IMG/VR virus record: IMGVR_UViG_2140918008_000001
Coordinates: 3,491 to 67,490 of that record
DNA from: a virus
Taxonomy: Duplodnaviria; Caudoviricetes
DNA length: 64,000 nt
Strand: one strand, 5' to 3'
The position numbers and the translations under genes were made by a program. This document shows positions 53,395-61,413 of this stretch, piece by piece. The notes beneath the pieces were generated by a model. The model did not search any database, had not been told where the DNA came from, and saw only the letters and a program-made list of their open reading frames with translations. The number at the start of each line of letters is the position of its first letter. Position 1 is the stretch's first letter.

Positions 53395-54024
53395 TTAATC
53401 AGGCCAGAATGTGAAGCGGAAGGTAGGAGCACCGGCGGATGGATTGTAAGTGCCTCTGGCAACATAACAAGCCCAAAGAGAGGTTTGTCCTGCGGCACAT
53501 TTGAATGGATAAAGAATTGATGGGCAAGGAGAGACTGATTTTGCAGCAGTAGCATACCAAGTTGAGAATGGAATTACGCCTCCGGCTCCAGGGAGAATGT
53601 GTGCTAAATCTGCTGAAGATAAAGCAAATGCAGCATGATCATTAGGAGGAACTACGGCAGCATCAAATATCCACAATTCTCCTGAAACGCCTACTGAAGC
53701 GGGGTCTTCTGCAATAACGGAGAAGAAACCTCCGCCTCCTGGATAATTAGCTGCTCCAGGGATAACCATTGCTACACCAGAAGCACCTACATATTGTCCA
53801 GTAGCATAAGAACCTGAAACAAGAGTTGGAGTAATATTTACCCCAACAGCGGGTTTAGATGTGCCTCCATTGCTTCCGGTTATACTAGAGTAACCAGGAG
53901 AAGGATTACCATAAGCATCAGTAGTACCAGCAATAACTACTAATGTAGCATCATTTGGATTAGCGATAACAGGGAATTGATTAACAGTCATAGGAAATTC
54001 CTTTCGAGGTATAAGCCCCCGCAT
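53395..54024 (-). CDS. hypothetical Gly/Ala/Pro-rich, possibly virion accessory protein
   Basis: 209-aa ORF, likely start at MTVNQ after AAAGGA. Confidence 0.55.
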   Translation of the reverse strand: MRGLIPRKEFPMTVNQFPVIANPNDATLVVIAGTTDAYGNPSPGYSSITGSNGGTSKPAVGVNITPTLVSGSYATGQYVGASGVAMVIPGAANYPGGGGFFSVIAEDPASVGVSGELWIFDAAVVPPNDHAAFALSSADLAHILPGAGGVIPFSTWYATAAKSVSPCPSILYPFKCAAGQTSLWACYVARGTYNPSAGAPTFRFTFWPD

Positions 54025-54036
54025 TTAGAAAATAAA

Positions 54037-54073
54037 ATAAGAGTGATTTCTGCATCACTCTTATTATAGCACA
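54037..54073 (-). promoter_or_regulatory. extended -10 promoter immediately followed by a terminator-like hairpin
   Basis: TGTGCTATAAT 54073-63; ATAAGAGTGAT/ATCACTCTTAT stem, then TTTATTTT. Confidence 0.55.
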
Positions 54074-54113
54074 ACTATTCTTGAAAAGATAGAACTAGAA
54101 CATTTGTTTTCTA

Positions 54114-54279
54114 GTTGACACAGTGTCAACTTCGAATGGAAAAGGAATATTAGTTGCTCAGGATAGTAACGGAAACTTTCTTGTAGCAATTAATAGGAAA
54201 GAACTGGTAAACAAGACCTGTGTAGGGCCCATGTTTACATCTTTGGTATAAAATAGAAGAAATTACAGCATCATTATAA
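54114..54279 (+). pseudogene. degenerate paralog of 51849-52031
   Basis: VDTVSTSNGKGILVAQD..LVAINRKELVNKTCVGP, then a +1 frameshift to CLHLWYKIEE; no start codon. Confidence 0.7.
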
Positions 54280-54300
54280 TAATCATGTTGTAGGCTTCAA

Positions 54301-54400
54301 AAAAGGAAATTACTACACATTGTTACGAAATGCAGTAATTTCCTTTTTATTATGATTGTAATTAATAAATCGCCACTATTTTGATTTAGTGGCGATTTAT
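54301..54400. terminator. two hairpins at a convergent junction
   Basis: AAAAGGAAATTAC/GTAATTTCCTTTT (54301-47) and ATAAATCGCCACTA/TAGTGGCGATTTAT (54365-400). Confidence 0.65.
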
Positions 54401-54434
54401 GATTTTAGGTCATTTAACCTATCGGTCGATCAAT

Positions 54435-54794
54435 CTAGGCACTTTCCTGGTTATGTAAAGTATCCAGGACAAGAAGTAGAGAAAGAGCAGAGTTGAAACC
54501 AAATCCTTGACGGTAGATATCTGGTTGATCTCGTTGTTTTTGTTCTTGTAATTCATGGATAAGGCGAACAACTTCTTTTGCTCTGGCCTTGACAATCTCT
54601 TTATTTTCAGGATCAAGAGAATTATATTTGAAAAGAGAATATTTATCAATATCAGCCTTACCTGAAGTCTTAGAATTAATAACGACACCGCTTTTAGTTA
54701 TTCCCATATCATTTTTCCTCATTATGTAATACAATTGGTTTATTGTTTCCATTTTTATTTGGAGTATTCCGGCGAACCTTCCAATTTCCACCAT
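54435..54794 (-). CDS. hypothetical protein
   Basis: ORF track; true start probably later (MGITK). Confidence 0.45.
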   Translation of the reverse strand: MVEIGRFAGILQIKMETINQLYYIMRKNDMGITKSGVVINSKTSGKADIDKYSLFKYNSLDPENKEIVKARAKEVVRLIHELQEQKQRDQPDIYRQGFGFNSALSLLLVLDTLHNQESA

Positions 54795-54876
54795 GTATAG
54801 CGCAGTATCCCACCAGTTCGGATTTCTTCACGGGGCCTATTGAGCATCCACAACCATGATATTCCTCTATCCACAT
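54709..54876 (-). CDS. 55-aa Cys/His protein
   Basis: MWIEEYHGCGCS..GYCAIHGG; GAGGTG RBS. Confidence 0.5.
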   Translation of the reverse strand: MWIEEYHGCGCSIGPVKKSELVGYCAIHGGNWKVRRNTPNKNGNNKPIVLHNEEK

Positions 54877-55032
54877 TTATTCACCTCTTTCCAGTAACCA
54901 GTTGATTAATTTGCCTAAATCGGGGCAATAATCTAAATTATTTTCCTCTTGAAATAGTTTATCCGCTTTTACAGTCTTGGTATGTTGCAAATCAAATAGT
55001 TGTTGTATTTCATCTCGTTCAGGTAATTTTGC

Positions 55033-55485
55033 TTACTTTTCCTCGATTTCCTTAACTAATTTGAAATAAGAAGGTTTGATCTCTTCCATAATACCTAATT
55101 CTACCAGTAGAGCCAATGTTTCTTCTCCAGCGGACATAAAGTCATGTGTAAAGAGAACATTATTTCCTTTACGAGCAGAATAAGCCAGATATTGATAAGA
55201 CATAGACATAAGAGCAGACAGTAACGTCTTATTTTTCTGTATTAGATTTTCATTTTCCTGAATCAATTGATTACGATGTCGGATAAAACTTCTAACTTCT
55301 CCATCGAAAATATATTCAAGAGAGTAATTCCCAGTACACATACCAGGATTGATTTCAATTCCAACTTGTTCAGCCATTTCATAAGCTTTATTAATCTTCT
55401 GTTCTAAAGCATCAATTCTGTCAGCAGCATTTTCTAATGCGTGATAACCATGTTCCCATTGTAGACCTTCTAGTGTTTTACTCAT
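55033..55485 (-). CDS. hypothetical protein (frame stays open past its TAA to 54877)
   Basis: AAGGAG RBS; FTHDFMSAGEE motif. Confidence 0.6.
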   Translation of the reverse strand: MSKTLEGLQWEHGYHALENAADRIDALEQKINKAYEMAEQVGIEINPGMCTGNYSLEYIFDGEVRSFIRHRNQLIQENENLIQKNKTLLSALMSMSYQYLAYSARKGNNVLFTHDFMSAGEETLALLVELGIMEEIKPSYFKLVKEIEEK

Positions 55486-55486
55486 T

Positions 55487-55711
55487 TTATCTCCTTAATT
55501 TTAAAATAATGTTAGCAATCTCAAATAATGGCAGATGGATAATGGGATATTCCACAACTCTCATCCACGGCAAGAGAGCATCGTATTGCCAATCACCTGG
55601 AGCGTAAAATATGGCAGGTGATGATTGAAGATCGTGGAATTCTGGGCCGGTGATACAGATTGCATTCCCGTCCATGAAGACCCGTAGCAATTCATAATCA
55701 TCGAGTTTCAT
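55487..55711 (-). CDS. hypothetical protein
   Basis: AAGGAG RBS. Confidence 0.55.
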   Translation of the reverse strand: MKLDDYELLRVFMDGNAICITGPEFHDLQSSPAIFYAPGDWQYDALLPWMRVVEYPIIHLPLFEIANIILKLRR

Positions 55712-55744
55712 CTTGTATTCTCCTTTTCTTATGTGGTTTCTAAT

Positions 55745-55773
55745 ATAGTATCATGAGTATGACAAATAGTCAA
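55745..55773 (-). promoter_or_regulatory. sigma70-like promoter
   Basis: TTGACT-17-TACTAT. Confidence 0.55.
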
Positions 55774-55810
55774 AGAGCAGTTTGTTACAAACTATAGACA
55801 AAGTATGTAT

Positions 55811-56851
55811 TTAGAATTTCATAAAGGAAAAGATATGAGCAATAACATCTACAGTCCAGCCATTACCGAGACATTTATATCTTTGGCTGTTACTAATCCC
55901 TTCAGTGAAGTTGTCCTCCAAAGTTTGTAATCTTTCACATTCAATAGGAGTAAATTTACGCCAAGTAATATTATCTTCAGAAACTTTTGGTTCTCGATGA
56001 TCTCCTTGCATTGTAGTTAGGGATGGTGATTTACCTTCAGGAGAGTAAACACGTTTTACAATATCAAATCCTTTTATGTCTGCTTCACCAACTTGAATAC
56101 ATACTCCATTTAGTTTATTTGGATAAGTTGGAACAACGCAATTACTTTTTTCATCTTTTCTAATATTTAATTGTTCCTCTATTCCTCGTTTAGTTACTTG
56201 ATTTCTTATTGCTGCACCTTGTATATAAACATTATCCCATTCTTGTTTAGAATTTGCGGGACTACTTCTTCCACCAACTCTTATTGACTTAGATTTATTT
56301 CTGATTTTGTTCGCTTCAATACTATTAGTATATTCCAAGATGTCTTTCAAGAAAATATGTTTATCTTCTGGTTGAGTAATATTAGGAATATTTGTCCAGT
56401 ATAATCTTTTTCTGTTTTGTGCAGAGACTAAAGAAGAATTAATCAAGATAGGTTGAACACCAACTTTTTCAGAGATAATGTCTTGCCACTCTTTTTTCAT
56501 CTTGACATTTTCAAGTAAGAAGAATTTAGGTTTTAGATATTTCAAGATGTTCACAAACTCAAAGAATAACTTGCTGCGAGGATCAGAGAAATTCAGGCCA
56601 TCACCGGCATTACTAAATCCCTGGCAAGGTGATCCTCCAATCAAAAGATCAATAGTAGGTAAATTCCAGTCTCTCCAAGAAATAATATCTCCTAATTGTA
56701 TAGTATCAGAATAATTCTTCTGAGCAACCTTAATAGCATATTTGTCAATCTCTGAAGCAAAGTAATTGGAATAAGAAACACCAGCACGATTCAAAGCTAC
56801 TCTACCACATGAAATCCCATCAAATAATGAAAGAACATTGATTTTATCCAT
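55811..56851 (-). CDS. DNA cytosine-5 methyltransferase
   Basis: LSLFDG (I), GGSPCQGFS (IV), ENV (VI), QNRKRLYW (VIII), PIECERLQ (IX), RYKCLGNGW (X). Confidence 0.92.
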   Translation of the reverse strand: MDKINVLSLFDGISCGRVALNRAGVSYSNYFASEIDKYAIKVAQKNYSDTIQLGDIISWRDWNLPTIDLLIGGSPCQGFSNAGDGLNFSDPRSKLFFEFVNILKYLKPKFFLLENVKMKKEWQDIISEKVGVQPILINSSLVSAQNRKRLYWTNIPNITQPEDKHIFLKDILEYTNSIEANKIRNKSKSIRVGGRSSPANSKQEWDNVYIQGAAIRNQVTKRGIEEQLNIRKDEKSNCVVPTYPNKLNGVCIQVGEADIKGFDIVKRVYSPEGKSPSLTTMQGDHREPKVSEDNITWRKFTPIECERLQTLEDNFTEGISNSQRYKCLGNGWTVDVIAHIFSFMKF

Positions 56852-57316
56852 AGAAGTCTCCTTAGAAACAGATTTCCATCATTATACCATAAATCTAATA
56901 TAACAAACAGTAAATAACCTGATATTCTTAAAATTGGTCGCCAGAATTACGGAGACTTGTGCGGGTCTGGAAATATTTTTCAATTTTTCTCATTCCGCTC
57001 CACTTCGTTAGAACAGATATTCTATTGTAATACAACACAAATATCATCATATTCAATGGTTTCGATAATTACTTATTATCACAAGCATGTTACAAGTTTA
57101 TAACTGGTATGCAACCGGGTTAGATCAGTTCACAATAGGCTAGAAGCATAGAATTATGAGAATACTCTAATATATGAGTTGATTATATGTAGTAAAATGA
57201 TTGCATGAACAAATCTTTAGGTTGCGAGATGAATATAGATGGTTCGGATAAGTGGAATAGACGTGTATTATCAATGTTGAATCCATGCTTTTAGTCTAAT
57301 CACAAAGGACAATAAA

Positions 57317-57493
57317 ATGAGCATTACACGGATAGTTGTTTATACTGCGCTCCCTATCAAAGAAGCATTAACCAGTTTACAGAAGCATTGGCATGTTAAG
57401 GTATTACTAACTGAAGTCCTCGATCTAGATGCAACCTATTTAATCACAGTCAAGGGCCTTCATTCTATGCCATGGTGGGTACAAATATTCTAA
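57317..57493 (+). CDS. 58-aa hypothetical protein
   Basis: AAAGGA RBS; MSITRIVVY...PWWVQIF*. Confidence 0.5.
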   Translation: MSITRIVVYTALPIKEALTSLQKHWHVKVLLTEVLDLDATYLITVKGLHSMPWWVQIF

Positions 57494-57506
57494 TCAATGA
57501 TACACT

Positions 57507-57536
57507 ATGGTAACGTTATCATGGTATCGATACCAT
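57507..57536. promoter_or_regulatory. tandem overlapping 16-bp palindromes (candidate operator)
   Basis: ATGGTAACGTTATCAT (1 mismatch) and ATGGTATCGATACCAT (perfect), upstream of TATAAT near 57573. Confidence 0.55.
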
Positions 57537-57601
57537 ATTACTTCTCTCACTGTACTAAACAAGCCAATAACGTATAATAACGATAAAAGGATAACAATAA
57601 C

Positions 57602-58189
57602 ATGTCTCTATACTCGAAATACTACGCACAAATTAACTCCTGGAATTGGAACAGCATTGTAATTAATGCTAAAAATAATCAATATCAAGATGATGATAAC
57701 GAAGATTGTATGATTGGGTCATGCTGCCTGGGGAGTATGATTAATCCCTCAGGCAAGTTTTATATGCCTTTTGCCTATTCTAATCTTGACTCTTGCAAGT
57801 CATGCAATGGAACTGGTATTAATTCTCGCAAGGTAGAATCATGTCATATATGCAATGGCACAGGCAAGCGGTATTTAAAAGACTGTGAGAAATTTCCTGC
57901 TATCTTAGAATGGATTAAGAAAGATAGCATTCCCGTTTATGATGATTTTATGGGCAAGTATTTTATCTGTAATCTATGTCAAGGTAAAAGATACAATTCA
58001 ACGACTTGTAAACAATGTGGGGGCTTAGGCAGCAACGAAGCTTATAACGATCAAGAGTTTTTTAGCGCATTAGATGACATTGCAGAAAAGCATGGCGGAT
58101 ATATTACCAGTGGGGAAGGTGATCCATGTGACACTTACTTTTGCATGTCGATTGATAAGGATGAATTAGAAAGTGAGACAATAGAATGA
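57602..58189 (+). CDS. DnaJ-type zinc-finger (CxxCxGxG repeat) protein
   Basis: CKSCNGTG, CHICNGTG, CNLCQGK, CKQCGGLG. Confidence 0.7.
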   Translation: MSLYSKYYAQINSWNWNSIVINAKNNQYQDDDNEDCMIGSCCLGSMINPSGKFYMPFAYSNLDSCKSCNGTGINSRKVESCHICNGTGKRYLKDCEKFPAILEWIKKDSIPVYDDFMGKYFICNLCQGKRYNSTTCKQCGGLGSNEAYNDQEFFSALDDIAEKHGGYITSGEGDPCDTYFCMSIDKDELESETIE

Positions 58190-58269
58190 TATACATAATT
58201 TTAGCGCTCATATTCATCTACTTTCTGTATAAAATCTTTTCAATTACTTTAAAAGGATAAGAGGACAAA

Positions 58270-58800
58270 ATGTTAAAATTCAAGTTTTTGACCGGTGATA
58301 TAAATTGGCAGACGTATGGGGGAAAGTTTATCTCAAAGAAATTAAACAATTCAGAATTTGACTATTGGCTTATTCTAGAAGTAATTAATCTCAAAGAAGC
58401 TTGCGGAGAAGATGAACCATTAACCTATAATGTTAGTGTTAGTGCTATCGCTCCCAGTCAATTATCAGATACAATAATTGATAATGCATTTTCATCTTGT
58501 GGATGGGACAATGACTTAAACAAAGATGATTTTATAAAAAAATATGATATTACCGGATTAGTTGAGGTAATATCAGATTATACGGGCGGAGCGGTAATAT
58601 ATCAAGAATCTGGTAATAATCTCTCAAAACTTCTCAAAGAAGCGCACAAAGAAGCTTATATCATGGGTGATTTTATGTTTGACTTTGCTATGGATAAAGT
58701 ACAAAACCAAATAGGTTCTAGCGGATGGGATATTTTACAAGGTAATATTTTAGCAGGCCTGGGAATCTATGATAACGAGGTAAAAAACGATGAAGAATAA
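58270..58800 (+). CDS. hypothetical protein
   Basis: 176-aa ORF with RBS. Confidence 0.65.
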   Translation: MLKFKFLTGDINWQTYGGKFISKKLNNSEFDYWLILEVINLKEACGEDEPLTYNVSVSAIAPSQLSDTIIDNAFSSCGWDNDLNKDDFIKKYDITGLVEVISDYTGGAVIYQESGNNLSKLLKEAHKEAYIMGDFMFDFAMDKVQNQIGSSGWDILQGNILAGLGIYDNEVKNDEE

Positions 58801-58948
58801 TAAAGGATGTACTCCAAAGATACAAGATAATAAAAAAGCTTGCTTAGTGTGTAAAGAAAAGTATCGTACTATTATACAAGCTTTTCTGGACAAAAAAATT
58901 GGCTATACTGAATTACGTCAAGCTATGCTAGAGATTAATAGTCAATAA
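58790..58948 (+). CDS. 52-aa hypothetical protein
   Basis: Overlaps the upstream stop; GAGG RBS. Confidence 0.4.
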   Translation: MKNNKGCTPKIQDNKKACLVCKEKYRTIIQAFLDKKIGYTELRQAMLEINSQ

Positions 58949-58987
58949 CCTGCCAGTGATATAAAATCGCTTAGGTAATTACGAATT

Positions 58988-59022
58988 ACCTGCTCCTGCT
59001 AATGAGGAGCAGGTATTTTTTT
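58988..59022 (+). terminator. intrinsic terminator
   Basis: ACCTGCTCCT/AGGAGCAGGT stem followed by A-T7. Confidence 0.75.
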
Positions 59023-59094
59023 GTTTATAGCCAGGAGCAGGTAATTGACAGGAGCAGGACTTGACACAGTGTTACGGTAAAAGGATAGCATAGA

Positions 59095-59361
59095 ATGAAG
59101 CATTATAATGAAGGACACTACGGAGCTTTTAGCACGATTTTACCCTATTCTTTATCACCCTTTGGGACAATTCGAGTATATCAGCACTACGCACAGGATA
59201 ATGATAGTACAAGTGTTCTATATCCAGGCATGACTTGTCCCTGGAACAAACTGATGGCTACTTCGGATTCAAACGTGCAAAGGTGCAAAAAGGAATTTTG
59301 CTATTTTCAAACCTGTGAGAGTGCAAAAAGGAATTATGAGAATATTCTTAATAATGTCTAA
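59095..59361 (+). CDS. hypothetical protein
   Basis: AAGGA RBS. Confidence 0.5.
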   Translation: MKHYNEGHYGAFSTILPYSLSPFGTIRVYQHYAQDNDSTSVLYPGMTCPWNKLMATSDSNVQRCKKEFCYFQTCESAKRNYENILNNV

Positions 59362-59448
59362 TCTAATTCTAATATATAATCACATTCTCGTGATATAGTA
59401 ATACTAACAAACAGTTTATTCATTCGGTCTAACAAAAAAGAGGATAAA

Positions 59449-59874
59449 ATGACAACAAAAAAGGCTCTGAAAGAACAAGAAAAGCAGGAAGCAATTGACC
59501 AGATTAAAAAATATGTAAAACCTGGTAATACACTTTACACGGTTTTACGCAATGTTTCTAGATCAGGTATGTATCGACATATCGACCTATACGCCATTGT
59601 TGACAATGAAATGGTGTATCTTTCGGGGTATGCTGCAACTGCCCTTGACTGGCCGCGTGGTAAAGATGGTGCAATCGGTGTATCTGGTTGTGGAATGGAT
59701 ATAGGTTTTCACCTCGTTTATAACTTGGGGTGGGCAGTGTTCGGGAAAGATGGTTATGAATGTGTAGGCCAGAACTGCCCGAATAACGATCATGTGAATG
59801 ATCGTAATGCTCCTCGTGGTGTAGGTGTGCATCACACTGAATCCGGTTATGCTCTGCGTCAACAATGGATATAA
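59449..59874 (+). CDS. conserved-looking hypothetical phage protein
   Basis: KPGNTLYTVLRNVSRSGMYR..GCGMDIGFHLVYNL. Confidence 0.7.
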   Translation: MTTKKALKEQEKQEAIDQIKKYVKPGNTLYTVLRNVSRSGMYRHIDLYAIVDNEMVYLSGYAATALDWPRGKDGAIGVSGCGMDIGFHLVYNLGWAVFGKDGYECVGQNCPNNDHVNDRNAPRGVGVHHTESGYALRQQWI

Positions 59875-59883
59875 GGTGCAATA

Positions 59884-60087
59884 ATGCAATTCTACGCATA
59901 TAATTCTCATGCTGAACTTGGAAATGAACCTCTCGGCACAGATGGAAAACTGCTTTTTGAATTGAAAACATATTCTGGAGCTGTTCGGAGAGTACAACAT
60001 TGTTTTAAAAATACGCCCTGGAACTTATATACTTATCTAAATTTTTATGACAATTCAACTTTTAAACTTGTACAACGTAGTAATTGA
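59884..60087 (+). CDS. hypothetical protein
   Basis: AAGGTGCA before ATG. Confidence 0.55.
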   Translation: MQFYAYNSHAELGNEPLGTDGKLLFELKTYSGAVRRVQHCFKNTPWNLYTYLNFYDNSTFKLVQRSN

Positions 60088-60173
60088 TACAGTGTTAACA
60101 TTGTACAAAATTCTGGCCTTGCAGGTTAGCGGTTAAACCTGCTTCAAACATCTATTGTGCAAAAGAGGATAAA

Positions 60174-60542
60174 ATGAGAAAAGTCAACGTAACATATCAA
60201 GTCTATTCATTCGATGAGCTTGCTAAAACGGTTCAGGATAAGGTAATTAATGATGAAATTGAAGCCTGGAGGGAAATTTATCAAGATGAAAAGGATATGC
60301 CAGAAGGTATGATGAAAGCTATTCAGGACGCAGACCGTATGCAAACACCCTGGTTTACTGGTTCTTATATATGGGACTATTGCAAAGATGAAGTATTGGC
60401 CTGTTGTAAAGAATATGACTATCTAGCTAGTGGTGAAGTATTTAATCCAGAATTTGATGGGGGAAAGGTGCAAGATGAAAATATGCAACTTATTAGGTAT
60501 TATCACCCTGGATGTGGTACTATGGAATTTAATGAACCTTGA
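60174..60542 (+). CDS. hypothetical protein
   Basis: GAGGA RBS. Confidence 0.6.
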   Translation: MRKVNVTYQVYSFDELAKTVQDKVINDEIEAWREIYQDEKDMPEGMMKAIQDADRMQTPWFTGSYIWDYCKDEVLACCKEYDYLASGEVFNPEFDGGKVQDENMQLIRYYHPGCGTMEFNEP

Positions 60543-60559
60543 GAAGGGGACGTAAAGAA

Positions 60560-60790
60560 ATGAAAACATATAGCGTTGCTATCTTATCTGCAAAAGGTTA
60601 CTGGCTTACAAATTGGAATGAGTATAACCAATTAGAAGATATTGATTTTAATAAAGTTGAAACTCATTGCATAGAACACGGTTGCAAGGGATATGGTTAT
60701 TATTACGGCCATCATTCTAGCGGCCTAACTAGTGCCCGTTGCCGGACAGTTTTGAAAATGCTGGATCAATTATGCGAGGGGCAAGAATGA
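60560..60790 (+). CDS. hypothetical protein
   Basis: ORF track 60539..60790; ATG 60560. Confidence 0.5.
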   Translation: MKTYSVAILSAKGYWLTNWNEYNQLEDIDFNKVETHCIEHGCKGYGYYYGHHSSGLTSARCRTVLKMLDQLCEGQE

Positions 60791-61023
60791 AACGTAAGGA
60801 CTTTGCTACACTACAAGCGGTTTATAGTATTCTTGGTATGCAGTTATCCAGAAAACCTGGTGGATTATTTATTGCCGGACGTTTTGCAAATATTCCTGGT
60901 AAGTGTTGTTATCAAACAGTTAAAACGACCAGTGAAGAATTAATTAAGGACGTTAGCGCAGTATATACGCAATTTCTATTTATGGAAAAAGATGAATTAG
61001 AAAAGGTGCAAAATGAAGCATAA
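60787..61023 (+). CDS. hypothetical protein
   Basis: ATGA overlap with upstream gene. Confidence 0.5.
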   Translation: MKRKDFATLQAVYSILGMQLSRKPGGLFIAGRFANIPGKCCYQTVKTTSEELIKDVSAVYTQFLFMEKDELEKVQNEA

Positions 61024-61186
61024 TTGGTCATTAATCAACAATAATAGTCACGAGATGTATTATTTTCCATCTGAAAAGTCCTTAAGACAATATGCCAGTA
61101 TAATGAATTGGAATATCAAACGATCTTATACTGACCATGATTGTTTTTATGTCGAAAGTTGCCAATATGTTCCAGGTTATAACTAA
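61013..61186 (+). CDS. 57-aa hypothetical protein
   Basis: AAGGTGCA before ATG. Confidence 0.5.
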   Translation: MKHNWSLINNNSHEMYYFPSEKSLRQYASIMNWNIKRSYTDHDCFYVESCQYVPGYN

Positions 61187-61195
61187 GGTGCAGGG

Positions 61196-61402
61196 ATGAA
61201 AAACAATAAAACTGAAATTCTTGATCGGATATTTGATACTCTTTTTGAAAATGCAGGAAAAGATGTATCTCACCCCTATTTACCCATCAATAAGATCGAA
61301 GATGCGATTATTGACGATGATCAAAATTTTATCTTTTTTAGAATTGGTAAAAAGGGATATATTCTTACGATCAAAAATGCTGGTGCAGAATTTGTATTCT
61401 AA
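61196..61402 (+). CDS. hypothetical protein
   Basis: AAGGTGCA before ATG. Confidence 0.55.
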   Translation: MKNNKTEILDRIFDTLFENAGKDVSHPYLPINKIEDAIIDDDQNFIFFRIGKKGYILTIKNAGAEFVF

Positions 61403-61413
61403 AAGGTGCAAAG

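Larger units (their letters stand above)
2218..60098. repeat. dispersed 15-bp palindrome TTGACACWGTGTCAA (at least 17 copies)
   Basis: Perfect: 5947, 18944, 32398, 44848, 51871, 54115; 1 mismatch: 2218, 22909, 24434, 27739, 33340, 35979, 40468, 50653; 2 mismatches: 42816, 59061, 60084. Confidence 0.9.

Noticed and set aside
56860-57300. Physical genome terminus or terminal repeat at the divergent intergenic region
   Set aside because: No repeat partner within the window, and read data are needed.
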